Source: Bacteroidia bacterium (GTDB lineage: Bacteria; Bacteroidota; Bacteroidia; J057). From it: a DNA stretch of 64,000 nt. Within the stretch, counting starts at the first letter, position 1. Each line of letters opens with the position of its first letter. Under the pieces are notes generated by a model. The model had not been told where the DNA came from, ran no database searches, and saw nothing but the letters and a program-made list of their open reading frames with translations. This document shows positions 25,806-34,867 of this stretch, one piece after another. Made by a program: the position numbers and the translations under genes. The DNA is taken from assembly GCA_033391075.1 (NCBI GenBank), contig JAWPMV010000004.1, positions 182,642 through 246,641 of the forward strand, written 5' to 3'.

Positions 25806-28800
25806 TTATTCTACTTCAATACTATTATCCCGCAAATCCCGATCTATCTGCAAGAGATTCGGATCAAGCACAACTTTCGCAGCCTGCTTTTCCAGGTTAA
25901 ACTTTAAGCTTTTTCTGCCTTCTTTCATCCAAAATCGCTCAAGCCGAATTAATTCATCTTTCGCATCATAAATCCCAATCTCCACAAGATCATCCAGAGG
26001 GAGCTCCTCGTACTGGCCAATATCCAAATGTTCTTCTTTCTTCAAGCTCAGTTCTACCTCCAATTCGTAGCCTGAACCTTGCTGTCTCATCTCAGCATGT
26101 TCAATTTTCCCATCATGCAGAATTACCTTTTCAAAATAGTCTTCGATCAGGTAATTGAGGGAATCGGGGCTTTCTTCTTTGAGATAGCTGAGAAAGTCGA
26201 TGGACAAAGGGTAGGGGGGACCTTTGAATCGATAAACATCCAAAAAGTTGCCGAGGATGCGATTCATTTCTTCTTCCCCAATCAAATAAGCAAGGGCATG
26301 AAAAGCCATCGTTCCTTTTCCATAAAACATGAACTGATCACTGGCTTTCACCCGATAGAGGGGCAATTCCCGACTCGAAAGATTGGCTCTGCCATTTAAG
26401 TAGCGACTCCGTTGAAGTCCCAGAAATTTACGGGCCTGCTTTTCTCCAAAAGCCTTACGAAATATATTCAGACTAATATATTCCGTTGTACTTTCACTGA
26501 GCATCCGAGCGCCTTTTGCATGTGCAGGTATCAATTGAGCGCCCCACCATTGATGACTCAGTTCATGGGCAGCCGTGTAAAAGGAAAGGTCAACTTTTTG
26601 GCTGTCTATGCTTGCATTGCTGATAAAGCGAAATTCTGAAGTAGGACTGATATTGGCATAAGTCGTAGAGAATGTCCCATCTGTCAGGGGAAATTCTACG
26701 ATCTCTGCACTTGCATGTTGGTAGGGTCCAAAGTACTGACTATTGTAGGCTAAGGCCGCCTTCAGTCCATCCATCATGGTTTCGAGATTCTTGTCATGTC
26801 CGGGATGATAAAATGCCCGGATCGCTATATGCTGCCAATTGCTTTCTTTCTGTTCATAGTCCCCCGAAAGAATTCCCAAGGCATACTTCAGGGGCCTCTG
26901 ACTTTTGTAGTGAAAATACTTCCTCCTATCCTTACTGTAGGATTCAATCAACTGCCCGGGCGCTATCGCGATCTGATCGGAAGAAGTGCTCAGGCGAATA
27001 TCCATATCAATATGGTCCGAATCCCAGGATTGATAATTGAATTCACGGCTATGAGTAGAATTCGGTTCTGGTTCCATTGCTCCCCGAATATAGCCCAGAC
27101 GAGGCAGGGCATCTTCCCGAAGAAAGCTGCCATTGACTTTCACATTGGGATACTGTTCAAAAAGGGTATTGCCTTTACTTTGAACGGAAAAGGAAAAGTG
27201 CATACTATCTTTCGGCAGCAAACTCCTTTTCAGTACCCAAACACTGAAATGCATAATACTATCTGCTAGGAGTAAATCTGCCTTTCCCGCAAAATCCAGC
27301 TCTGTTTCTTCATCAAATCCTGTTCTGACTAGCAAGGTATCCAAAGAGACTTCATGAGGATTGATCAACAGATAGCTACCACTAGCTGTAAAGGATTTCT
27401 TTTCCGGATAAAGGTCCATTTCCAAATTAAGGGCCTTGATTCGAGGCTGCTTTAGTTTTTCATACTGCTTAAATTCCTTTTTGAATGTCTTAAAGGAAGC
27501 CTGAAAACCTTCATTTGATATGACCTCTCTTTCATGTTCTTCCCAGAGGATGTTGGCACCTAATGAGATAAATGCAACAGATAGGATGCCCAGATTTAAG
27601 TACCAGCTTTTATTGAGCCGGGAGCGAAACTGTAGCCACCTTTCTTTTATTCCCAGGGAAACGCCTCTTTCCCATATCAACAAACTCAGGCAAAAAAGTA
27701 GAAATGCTCCAATCAGCCAATAGCCCTGCACAAGTGCAAAGGCCGGTAATTGATGGTCATAAGCATTCAAATCAGAATAACTAAGCTCCGGAGGAGAATT
27801 GAAAAGCAAAACATGTGAATCCAGACCCACAGAAGGCATTCCACTGATACCCAGCCATAAAAGAACCAAAGCGAATAAACCCTGATACAGATTTGGGAAA
27901 AAACTATGGACGAAGACTGCGGTAATAGCCCAGACCATCAAGCCCCAAAAACGGAGACCGTATAGATGGGAGACATAGAGGTCCAATTCAAAATGAAAGT
28001 AAGCCTGACTGGCCTGCACACCGATTCCACATACAATCATCAGGAAGAGCATCAAGAGTTGCATCAGAAGTAAAGCCAGAAGACGAGAAATTAGCAAAAC
28101 CCCATTTCGGACCGGACTGCTATCGATCAGAACGTACATATTCGTCATCCGATCTCTTTGCATCAAACTACCTGCATAGATAAAGGTCAGGAGCATCGTA
28201 AAGGTCAGGAAGAAAAAAGCCGGTATTCTCAACATCAATTGAGTAGTGGGAAGCAGGACCATTTCATCCAAACGTGTGATTCTCCCCAAAGAGAATATAA
28301 CCGATAGGCAGGAGATCAGGGCTATGGCTAAAAAGGTCCAATTCTTTATAATGAAGCGAAGATTGAAAAAGCTGAGATGTAAAACTCGCCTGAGATCCTC
28401 TTTCCATCCGTAGCTCTTTGTAGTTTGGGGAATAGAGATATTGCCTGTTGGAGAGGATTCTTCCTTACTAGATTTCTTCTTGTTAAAAACTTGCCATTTC
28501 CACTGCTGCTCCTGATGAAACTGAAATTTCCGATAGGTATAGACTCCTAGCAGAAAAGAAAGTCCCAGCCAAAAGATTCGATTATAGAGCAGTACTCCCT
28601 GGAGTGAATAGTAAGTGACATTTCTTTCACTCAAAGTCCAGAATTGACTTTCATAAAGAGAAGTATTTTGGGCGAAAGGATCCAAAAGTGCCACCCAAAA
28701 GCCATGCCCTGCGAAGGCATTTTCACTGATTACCTGAATGAGAAATAATACCACTACCCCCAAAAAGCCTGAAATGACATTTCTGCTAAGTAATACCAGA

Positions 28801-29354
28801 GAAAATACGATCAAGCCCTGGAATAGTAAATTGGGGATGAGGAAGAGGGAAAATGCCTGCATATAGGAACCCCAACTAAAAGGCCCCAATTTGGAAGGAT
28901 CAGCTCCCGGCATAAGTTCGGCAAAGACGAGACCGGAAGCCGCAAACAAACTGATAGCGAGAGTTATGGAAAAAGCACTCAAAAATTTGCCCCCCAAATA
29001 AGCATGTTTCTTAATGGGGAAGCTGTAGAGGATACTATGAAGATTATGCCGAAAGTCTTTGTAGATCGTTGCCCCAATTATAGCTGGGAGCAAAAAGAGA
29101 AAGATCTTATTGAAATAGAAAAGGATATAGCTGACTTCATAAGGCGAATTTAAATGAGATTGTAATTCGGCTTTGGGGCTCAGCTCATCAAATACACCCA
29201 GCGAACCGGCCAAGGAAAGAAATGCTATGGCAAAAAAGCTAAGCCCATATACATAGATAGTAGGGCTTTTCAACCAGGAAGTAAATTCAAATGAAAATAT
29301 CTTTCTAAACATAGACCAGGGCTGTGTTTGCAATCCTTGATTAATCTTAGGCAT
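25806..29354 (-). CDS. fusion protein: N-terminal ABC-2-type permease-like polytopic domain + C-terminal M1-family zinc aminopeptidase
   Basis: About 600 aa of repeated TM helices, then HELSHQWWG...SESTTEY (an HExxH...E gluzincin motif) and an M1-like C-terminal region. Confidence 0.85.
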   Translation of the reverse strand: MPKINQGLQTQPWSMFRKIFSFEFTSWLKSPTIYVYGLSFFAIAFLSLAGSLGVFDELSPKAELQSHLNSPYEVSYILFYFNKIFLFLLPAIIGATIYKDFRHNLHSILYSFPIKKHAYLGGKFLSAFSITLAISLFAASGLVFAELMPGADPSKLGPFSWGSYMQAFSLFLIPNLLFQGLIVFSLVLLSRNVISGFLGVVVLFLIQVISENAFAGHGFWVALLDPFAQNTSLYESQFWTLSERNVTYYSLQGVLLYNRIFWLGLSFLLGVYTYRKFQFHQEQQWKWQVFNKKKSSKEESSPTGNISIPQTTKSYGWKEDLRRVLHLSFFNLRFIIKNWTFLAIALISCLSVIFSLGRITRLDEMVLLPTTQLMLRIPAFFFLTFTMLLTFIYAGSLMQRDRMTNMYVLIDSSPVRNGVLLISRLLALLLMQLLMLFLMIVCGIGVQASQAYFHFELDLYVSHLYGLRFWGLMVWAITAVFVHSFFPNLYQGLFALVLLWLGISGMPSVGLDSHVLLFNSPPELSYSDLNAYDHQLPAFALVQGYWLIGAFLLFCLSLLIWERGVSLGIKERWLQFRSRLNKSWYLNLGILSVAFISLGANILWEEHEREVISNEGFQASFKTFKKEFKQYEKLKQPRIKALNLEMDLYPEKKSFTASGSYLLINPHEVSLDTLLVRTGFDEETELDFAGKADLLLADSIMHFSVWVLKRSLLPKDSMHFSFSVQSKGNTLFEQYPNVKVNGSFLREDALPRLGYIRGAMEPEPNSTHSREFNYQSWDSDHIDMDIRLSTSSDQIAIAPGQLIESYSKDRRKYFHYKSQRPLKYALGILSGDYEQKESNWQHIAIRAFYHPGHDKNLETMMDGLKAALAYNSQYFGPYQHASAEIVEFPLTDGTFSTTYANISPTSEFRFISNASIDSQKVDLSFYTAAHELSHQWWGAQLIPAHAKGARMLSESTTEYISLNIFRKAFGEKQARKFLGLQRSRYLNGRANLSSRELPLYRVKASDQFMFYGKGTMAFHALAYLIGEEEMNRILGNFLDVYRFKGPPYPLSIDFLSYLKEESPDSLNYLIEDYFEKVILHDGKIEHAEMRQQGSGYELEVELSLKKEEHLDIGQYEELPLDDLVEIGIYDAKDELIRLERFWMKEGRKSLKFNLEKQAAKVVLDPNLLQIDRDLRDNSIEVE

Positions 29355-29550
29355 TCTTCTCCTAAAAGTCAGGCACTTCTCTTTCTCCCGGGCCTATTTT
29401 CCGCTAAACAAGGGCATTATTCCGTTCAATAAAAAAAAGGCGCTTGATTCATTCATCGGAAATTTGGCCCGCATCATCTTCCTTTCGCCCCAGAATAAAG
29501 GAAAGAATCAGAAAAACAGGATTTTTTGACTAGCTTTTACCTCCTTTCAC

Positions 29551-30633
29551 ATGCTGGATGTGTCTATAGGGAGCGGTACCATAGCTATGCACCTGAACCA
29601 GATCAAATCCCTGTTTTTTAGAAAAGAGAGCCTGCTGCATCTCATGTTCTGGCTGTTTTTTGTATCCATCCTGAATGTGGACTGGAATGAAAACTGGCTG
29701 GACAGAAGCCTTCGTCCTAATACTCCCGCTCCCATTTCTGCCCTTCTATTTCCCGTTTTTTTCTACCTCAATGCCTTTTGGCTGGTTCCCCGCTTTCTGA
29801 ATGGACCCAAATGGTATCGATATTTTCTGATTAGTTTCTTGCTGCTTTTAGGAGTTGAATTGCTTCGTGCAAGTATGTTTGCCTTGAGCTTTCCCAAAGC
29901 TGATTCTTTTTTCTCCAGCATTTTCTTTGAAATACTTAGTCGTGAAAATCTGGTCCTGGGTCTGCCCAATTCGATGTTTTTTGCCTTTGTCTTTTCTCTG
30001 GCCTATCGCTTTACCAAAGACCGCATCAGCAATACCCGAACCATACAGGAATTAAGAGAAGAGAAGATTGCCCTCGAACTCAGTGTTCTCAAAGCGCAAA
30101 CCAATCCTCATTTTCTTTTTAACAATCTCAATGTCCTGGATGACCTGATCGAAAGGGATAAGGAGGAGGCCAAAGCCTACCTTCACAAGTTGGCCAATAT
30201 TTACCGCTATTGGTTGGGACAGACGGAGCAGGATGTGGTGAGTCTTGAAGAAGAATGGAAGTTTGTAGATGACTATATCTATTTGCTGGAAAAGCGTTTC
30301 AATCGACTCTATGTGTTTGACAAAGTAAATGAGTTGTCGGATCTCAAAGCCTACCTCATTCCTCCAACTTCCCTTCAGGGCCTGGTCGAAAATGTAGTCA
30401 AGCATAATCAGGCGCAAGCAGATGATCCCTTGCAGGTCGAAATCAAAGCCGATACATCCGGCATCAGCATTTCCCATGAGAAACGACCCAAAATTCAGGC
30501 TTCGGATTCCAATGGAACGGGTTTGAAAAATTTGCAGGCGCGCTACAAACTCCTGGCTGATAAAGATATCCTGGTAGAGGATGGAGATCATTTTCTCGTT
30601 CGCTTACCCTTGTTGAAAAAAGTATATGGCTGA
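29551..30633 (+). CDS. LytS/YehU-like sensor histidine kinase
   Basis: TM-rich N-terminus and AQTNPHFLFNNLNVLDDLI (His_kinase motif). An alternative ATG lies at 29587. The gene overlaps the downstream response regulator by 8 nt. Confidence 0.85.
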   Translation: MLDVSIGSGTIAMHLNQIKSLFFRKESLLHLMFWLFFVSILNVDWNENWLDRSLRPNTPAPISALLFPVFFYLNAFWLVPRFLNGPKWYRYFLISFLLLLGVELLRASMFALSFPKADSFFSSIFFEILSRENLVLGLPNSMFFAFVFSLAYRFTKDRISNTRTIQELREEKIALELSVLKAQTNPHFLFNNLNVLDDLIERDKEEAKAYLHKLANIYRYWLGQTEQDVVSLEEEWKFVDDYIYLLEKRFNRLYVFDKVNELSDLKAYLIPPTSLQGLVENVVKHNQAQADDPLQVEIKADTSGISISHEKRPKIQASDSNGTGLKNLQARYKLLADKDILVEDGDHFLVRLPLLKKVYG

Positions 30634-31405
30634 ACAATTGAACATATTGGTATTGGAGGATGAGCAGGGGGCAGGTGAAAAGCTCATCGATATGATTCGC
30701 AGTTTCGCTCCCACCGCAAAGCTTGAATGGAAAAGAAGCATACTGGAGGGGCGTATATTTATTCAGGAACATCCCGAACTTGATCTTATTTATTCCGATA
30801 TAGAATTGCTGGATGGAAATGTGTTTTCTCTTTTTGAAGAAATACATCCAAACTGCCCGCTCATTTTTTGTACCGCCTACAATCAATATTTTCTGGATGC
30901 TTTTCGCACAAATGGCATTGCCTATCTCTTAAAGCCCTACAGTCGGGAGCAGTTTGAGGAAAGCTGGAACAAATACCAACAGCTTTTCGCCCAAAAAGAA
31001 AGAAAGCCCGACTTTCAGCAGAGTTTAGAGCAGCTGAAAGCGACATTATCCCAAAAGTCAAATAGCCATAAATCAACCTTTACCGTCAAAAAGAAAGAAG
31101 GCATATTTATCCTGCGTCTGGAAGAGGTACTTTTCTTTCAATCGCAAGGGGATTTCGTATTGGCTATTGATCGGGCAGGCAAAAAGCATATTCTGAATTA
31201 TACTTTGCAAAAATTGGAGGAGCTGCTTGATCCTAAAGCTTTTTTTCGCATCAATCGAAGTGAAATTATTCCCTTTGCTTCGATTCAACATTTCAGCCCT
31301 TATACCAAAAATCGACTGGCCATCAATCTCCTTGCTTCTCAGCAAGTCCTTTATACCAGCAATAGCCGGAGTCCCAAATTCAGAGAGTGGGTAGAAGCTC
31401 ACTAG
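30626..31405 (+). CDS. LytTR-family response regulator
   Basis: REC domain (ILVLEDEQGA..., DLIYSDIELLDGN) plus a LytTR domain (FFQSQGDFVLAI..., FFRINRSEII). Confidence 0.9.
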   Translation: MAEQLNILVLEDEQGAGEKLIDMIRSFAPTAKLEWKRSILEGRIFIQEHPELDLIYSDIELLDGNVFSLFEEIHPNCPLIFCTAYNQYFLDAFRTNGIAYLLKPYSREQFEESWNKYQQLFAQKERKPDFQQSLEQLKATLSQKSNSHKSTFTVKKKEGIFILRLEEVLFFQSQGDFVLAIDRAGKKHILNYTLQKLEELLDPKAFFRINRSEIIPFASIQHFSPYTKNRLAINLLASQQVLYTSNSRSPKFREWVEAH

Positions 31406-31464
31406 CAGCTATTTAGCCTGAGAATTCGTTTCTTATTTATACGCCTCCTCTAATTTATAATGCA

Positions 31465-31827
31465 ATGAATAAGAATCCTGAAGTAGATCAATATTTGGAC
31501 AAAAAAGCTCATCCCTTGACTACCGAAATTGAACGGGTGCGAGAGATCGTACTTGCTGCGGATGATCGGATTGAGGAAACTATAAAATGGAGCAGCCCGA
31601 CCTTTATGTACAAAGGAAATATTGCTTCCTTTTTTATGAATGCGAAAAAGTTGGTAAGCCTGATGTTTCACAAAGGAGCTACGATAGATGATCCACATGG
31701 ATTGCTGGAAGGCGATGGGAAAGAATCCCGTGTTGCCCGTTTTCATGGCATGGAGGATATCGAAAAGAAAAAAGAGGCACTTCAAGCTGTCATAAGGGCC
31801 TGGATAAAGATGAGGGATGAGGCTTAA
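31465..31827 (+). CDS. DUF1801 (YdhG-like) domain protein
   Basis: Size and pattern fit the family (IKWSSPTFMYKGNIASF...). The annotation is motif-level only. Confidence 0.65.
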   Translation: MNKNPEVDQYLDKKAHPLTTEIERVREIVLAADDRIEETIKWSSPTFMYKGNIASFFMNAKKLVSLMFHKGATIDDPHGLLEGDGKESRVARFHGMEDIEKKKEALQAVIRAWIKMRDEA

Positions 31828-32221
31828 ACAATCTGTCCCCCTGACCAAAACTTAAGGGCCTCACGTTATTTCTACATAAACATGGCAGATTTTATTTTGC
31901 ATCGATGATTGTTGGCAGCTTGTTTAGGTCCTTCGACTTTGCTCGGGATGACAGCTCGTCATAAAAAAAGCGGATATGCCCGTCCTGGCCATACCCACTT
32001 TACATAGATGATGGGATTGATAAAAACCCCAAACCCAAATACACAATATTAATTATTCAAGGATTCCATGTTTGCGTAAAAGAGCCGGCAACTGCTGCCG
32101 CTTTTCATCATGACAGTTGGCATTCCATTTTCCCCTATTGCCATTCGTATTTAAGCAGTAAAAATTTTGATAAAAGCAAGGAAGGACGTTTCTTCATTCC
32201 TCCATTTAATAAGTAAACGCC

Positions 32222-33088
32222 TTGAAATCCATTGCCTTTCTGACTTCCTCCAATTTTCCCAAACTGACACCCAGCGATAAGCTTGTTGCGGATTATTTGG
32301 AGTCTCATGGTTTCCATACAGAACTTGTAATTTGGGATGATCCCAATTTGAAGCTGGAGACCTACGAGCTTTATCTGGTACGATCGGTTTGGGACTATCA
32401 CAAACGCTATGAAGAATGGATGGCTTTTCTGGATAAACTGGAGCAACATAATTGTATGGTTCAGAATCCGATCTCTGTACTTCGCTGGAATTCTAATAAA
32501 TCATACCTCCAGAATTTTCTAAATAAAACGAATCAGCTTCCTCTTCGAATCCTGAAAAAAGGAAGCAATTGGGACCTGGCAGCATATATGGAGAAAGAAA
32601 AGTGGGAAAAAGCCGTAATCAAGCCGGTCATTTCTGCCAGTGGATATAAAACCTGGACCTGTAAGAGAGAAGATGCAGCAACCAGGCAAGGAGAGTTAGA
32701 TTCCCTGCTTTCAGAGCGCGATCTTATCCTTCAGGAATTTTCACCCGAAGTAGTGACAGAGGGGGAATGGTCGCTGGTCTTTTTCAATAAAGTCTTTAGT
32801 CATGCCGTCTTGAAGCGAGCAAAAAAAGGAGACTTCCGGGTCCAGAGTGATTATGGAGGAACGGTCGATTTGCTCGAAGCTCCTCCCAATTCCATAGAGC
32901 AAGCGCAGGAAATTCTGAATGGAATCGAAGAAGCGATCTGCTATGCGCGGGTTGACGGAATTATCAGAGATGGGAACTTCTATTTGATGGAACTGGAATT
33001 GGTGGAGCCGGAATTATTTGTTGCAAACTTTCCCGGCTCTGAAAAACGATTTGGAGATGCCATTCTCCAAGTCTTGAAAACTACTTAG
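32222..33088 (+). CDS. ATP-grasp domain protein (RimK/glutathione-synthetase-like fold)
   Basis: Has KAVIKPVISASGYKT, ILQEFSPEV..GEWSLVFF and GDFRVQSDYGGTV, plus an ELELVEPELF tail. The apparent start is TTG. Confidence 0.6.
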   Translation: MKSIAFLTSSNFPKLTPSDKLVADYLESHGFHTELVIWDDPNLKLETYELYLVRSVWDYHKRYEEWMAFLDKLEQHNCMVQNPISVLRWNSNKSYLQNFLNKTNQLPLRILKKGSNWDLAAYMEKEKWEKAVIKPVISASGYKTWTCKREDAATRQGELDSLLSERDLILQEFSPEVVTEGEWSLVFFNKVFSHAVLKRAKKGDFRVQSDYGGTVDLLEAPPNSIEQAQEILNGIEEAICYARVDGIIRDGNFYLMELELVEPELFVANFPGSEKRFGDAILQVLKTT

Positions 33089-33794
33089 GTTTCCGTATGC
33101 TACATTTTGCTACGATTTTCCACTCCTTCCCAATCTTGAGCAGATTGAGGTAGTCTTCAAAATAGAAACTTTCAAAATCTGAGCGACTATGGGCGCGGGC
33201 CATATTTCCCACGATATCAATAGATATGAGTCGATTGATTCTTTCTCCAAATTTCTCCTCTGATTCCCGAACGATCTGATGAAACTGATCCTTATTCAGA
33301 AAATCATAGGCGCCTTCTTCATTGATAAAGTAAATCTTACAATCTTCTGTAAAACCCGATTTCAGCATTGCGATATCAGCTGTAGCCGTACCTTCGAAAT
33401 ACTGATAAACGGGCTTTAAGGCTTCTTTCTCAGCGGCATTCTTTTCCTCTTCTTCCCGATAAAAGATTTTGTTGGAGATATACCACTTGCCTTCCTCTTT
33501 AAGCAAATGAAAGAAATCGACAAAACGAAAGTCAGCATATTCCAGCACAATATGAGCACTTCCTATTTCTCCCCGATATTGAAAGGAAATATTTCTGGCC
33601 TTTCGATCATGCTTTTTCCCGATCGCTGGCCAGGAAAGAAATTCTTCTACACTTACTTCCTGCACTCGATCCTCTTTGAGAAATTTGATTTTGGCTTGGG
33701 GATGAAAAGCACTTCTTAATTGAGCTTTATTTCCCTCAGTTCCTCCCTCTACATAATTAGCTAATACTTGTTGAATTGCTTCTTTGTCAGTCAT
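33081..33794 (-). CDS. tandem NTF2-like (putative lumazine-binding/SnoaL-like) domain protein
   Basis: Two repeats of the pattern Y(V/F)EG....(D/N)...L...F......I.F, each ending ...(G/E)KW(Y/K)I. Confidence 0.6.
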   Translation of the reverse strand: MTDKEAIQQVLANYVEGGTEGNKAQLRSAFHPQAKIKFLKEDRVQEVSVEEFLSWPAIGKKHDRKARNISFQYRGEIGSAHIVLEYADFRFVDFFHLLKEEGKWYISNKIFYREEEEKNAAEKEALKPVYQYFEGTATADIAMLKSGFTEDCKIYFINEEGAYDFLNKDQFHQIVRESEEKFGERINRLISIDIVGNMARAHSRSDFESFYFEDYLNLLKIGKEWKIVAKCSIRKPK

Positions 33795-33859
33795 AGTTGG
33801 TGGATTATATAAATGATCCTGACAAAATTAGGCCTGCAAATGCCCTGGCTATATGCTGT

Positions 33860-34744
33860 TTAGTCCAAAGTATAGGAAGGAAGGTTCAAAGAAGCCTTAG
33901 GTGTGAGGCCATATTGATTTTTATAGAGTCGAATGAAATGAGAAGGATCTTCAAATCCGCAAGCAAAAGCAATCTCTGCCACTGTTTTCTCTGAGCTTTG
34001 CAGCAGAGCCTTCGCATGTTCCAATCGCTTGTGTCTGATCCAGCGTTTGGGGGGACTATTATAGAGTTCTTTAAACTTTCGTTTGAAAGTAGAACTACTC
34101 ATTCCTGACAATTTTGCCAGATCTTCTACTTGCAAGGGGTTGAAGAGATTGGCTGAGACAACATCACTAATCTGCTGTTGCTTTGTGGAGAAAATCCCTT
34201 GCAAGAAGCTGAAAAAGACCGATTGGGGCTTTTGATCTGCCAACTCCAGCATGAATGCTTCTACTTTATTTCTCAGATGCTCTTCCAAATGATTGCCCCG
34301 ATAATCGAAATAAGTCAACAATTGCTCTTTCAATTTCAGGTAGGAGGGATGCGTTTCGATCAAAGGGATAGAAGAATCGGGAACTGAGCTTCTCTCCTTC
34401 TCAGAAAAGAGAGCTTGATATTTTTTCCAGATCGGCTCTAGAAAGGCTTCATTGCAATACAAGGCCAGACTTTCGTAGTCTTCATCCGAAATATCCCGCT
34501 CACACATGAGATAATAGCCTCTTTTCAAAAGGATAACCTTGTCGAGTTTAACACTTATTTTTTCGCCTTGATAATAAAACCGTTTGGCTCCTTTTATCAG
34601 GAAAATCAGGCTATGCTCAGATAAAAAGGTAGGTGTTGATTCACAAGGCTCCGAACGTTGATATTCAGCCAAACAAACATGTTTCGCTTTTTTTAATCGC
34701 AGGGGATTAATTTCTTCCAACTGATCGGGAACTTTGCGTGTCAT
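33860..34744 (-). CDS. AraC-family transcriptional regulator
   Basis: Cupin-like N-terminus and a C-terminal AraC HTH (LAKLSGMSSSTFKRKFKELY...IAFACGFEDPSHFIRLYKNQYGLTP). Confidence 0.85.
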   Translation of the reverse strand: MTRKVPDQLEEINPLRLKKAKHVCLAEYQRSEPCESTPTFLSEHSLIFLIKGAKRFYYQGEKISVKLDKVILLKRGYYLMCERDISDEDYESLALYCNEAFLEPIWKKYQALFSEKERSSVPDSSIPLIETHPSYLKLKEQLLTYFDYRGNHLEEHLRNKVEAFMLELADQKPQSVFFSFLQGIFSTKQQQISDVVSANLFNPLQVEDLAKLSGMSSSTFKRKFKELYNSPPKRWIRHKRLEHAKALLQSSEKTVAEIAFACGFEDPSHFIRLYKNQYGLTPKASLNLPSYTLD

Positions 34745-34867
34745 ATATAAGGAAGTTACGAGGACTTTAATTGCTTTGAAAGTCGGCCTTCCAAATACCA
34801 GAAAAAAGGCGATAAGATTATTCTATCTCAGTATTTAGAAACTTATCTTTCCGTCCTAATCGATACA

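Noticed and set aside
31450-31848. 132-aa minus-strand ORF antisense to the DUF1801 gene, and the 104-aa ORF at 32135-32449.
   Set aside because: The sense-strand genes have family-like sequence, while the antisense products are Cys/Phe/Ile-rich without motifs.
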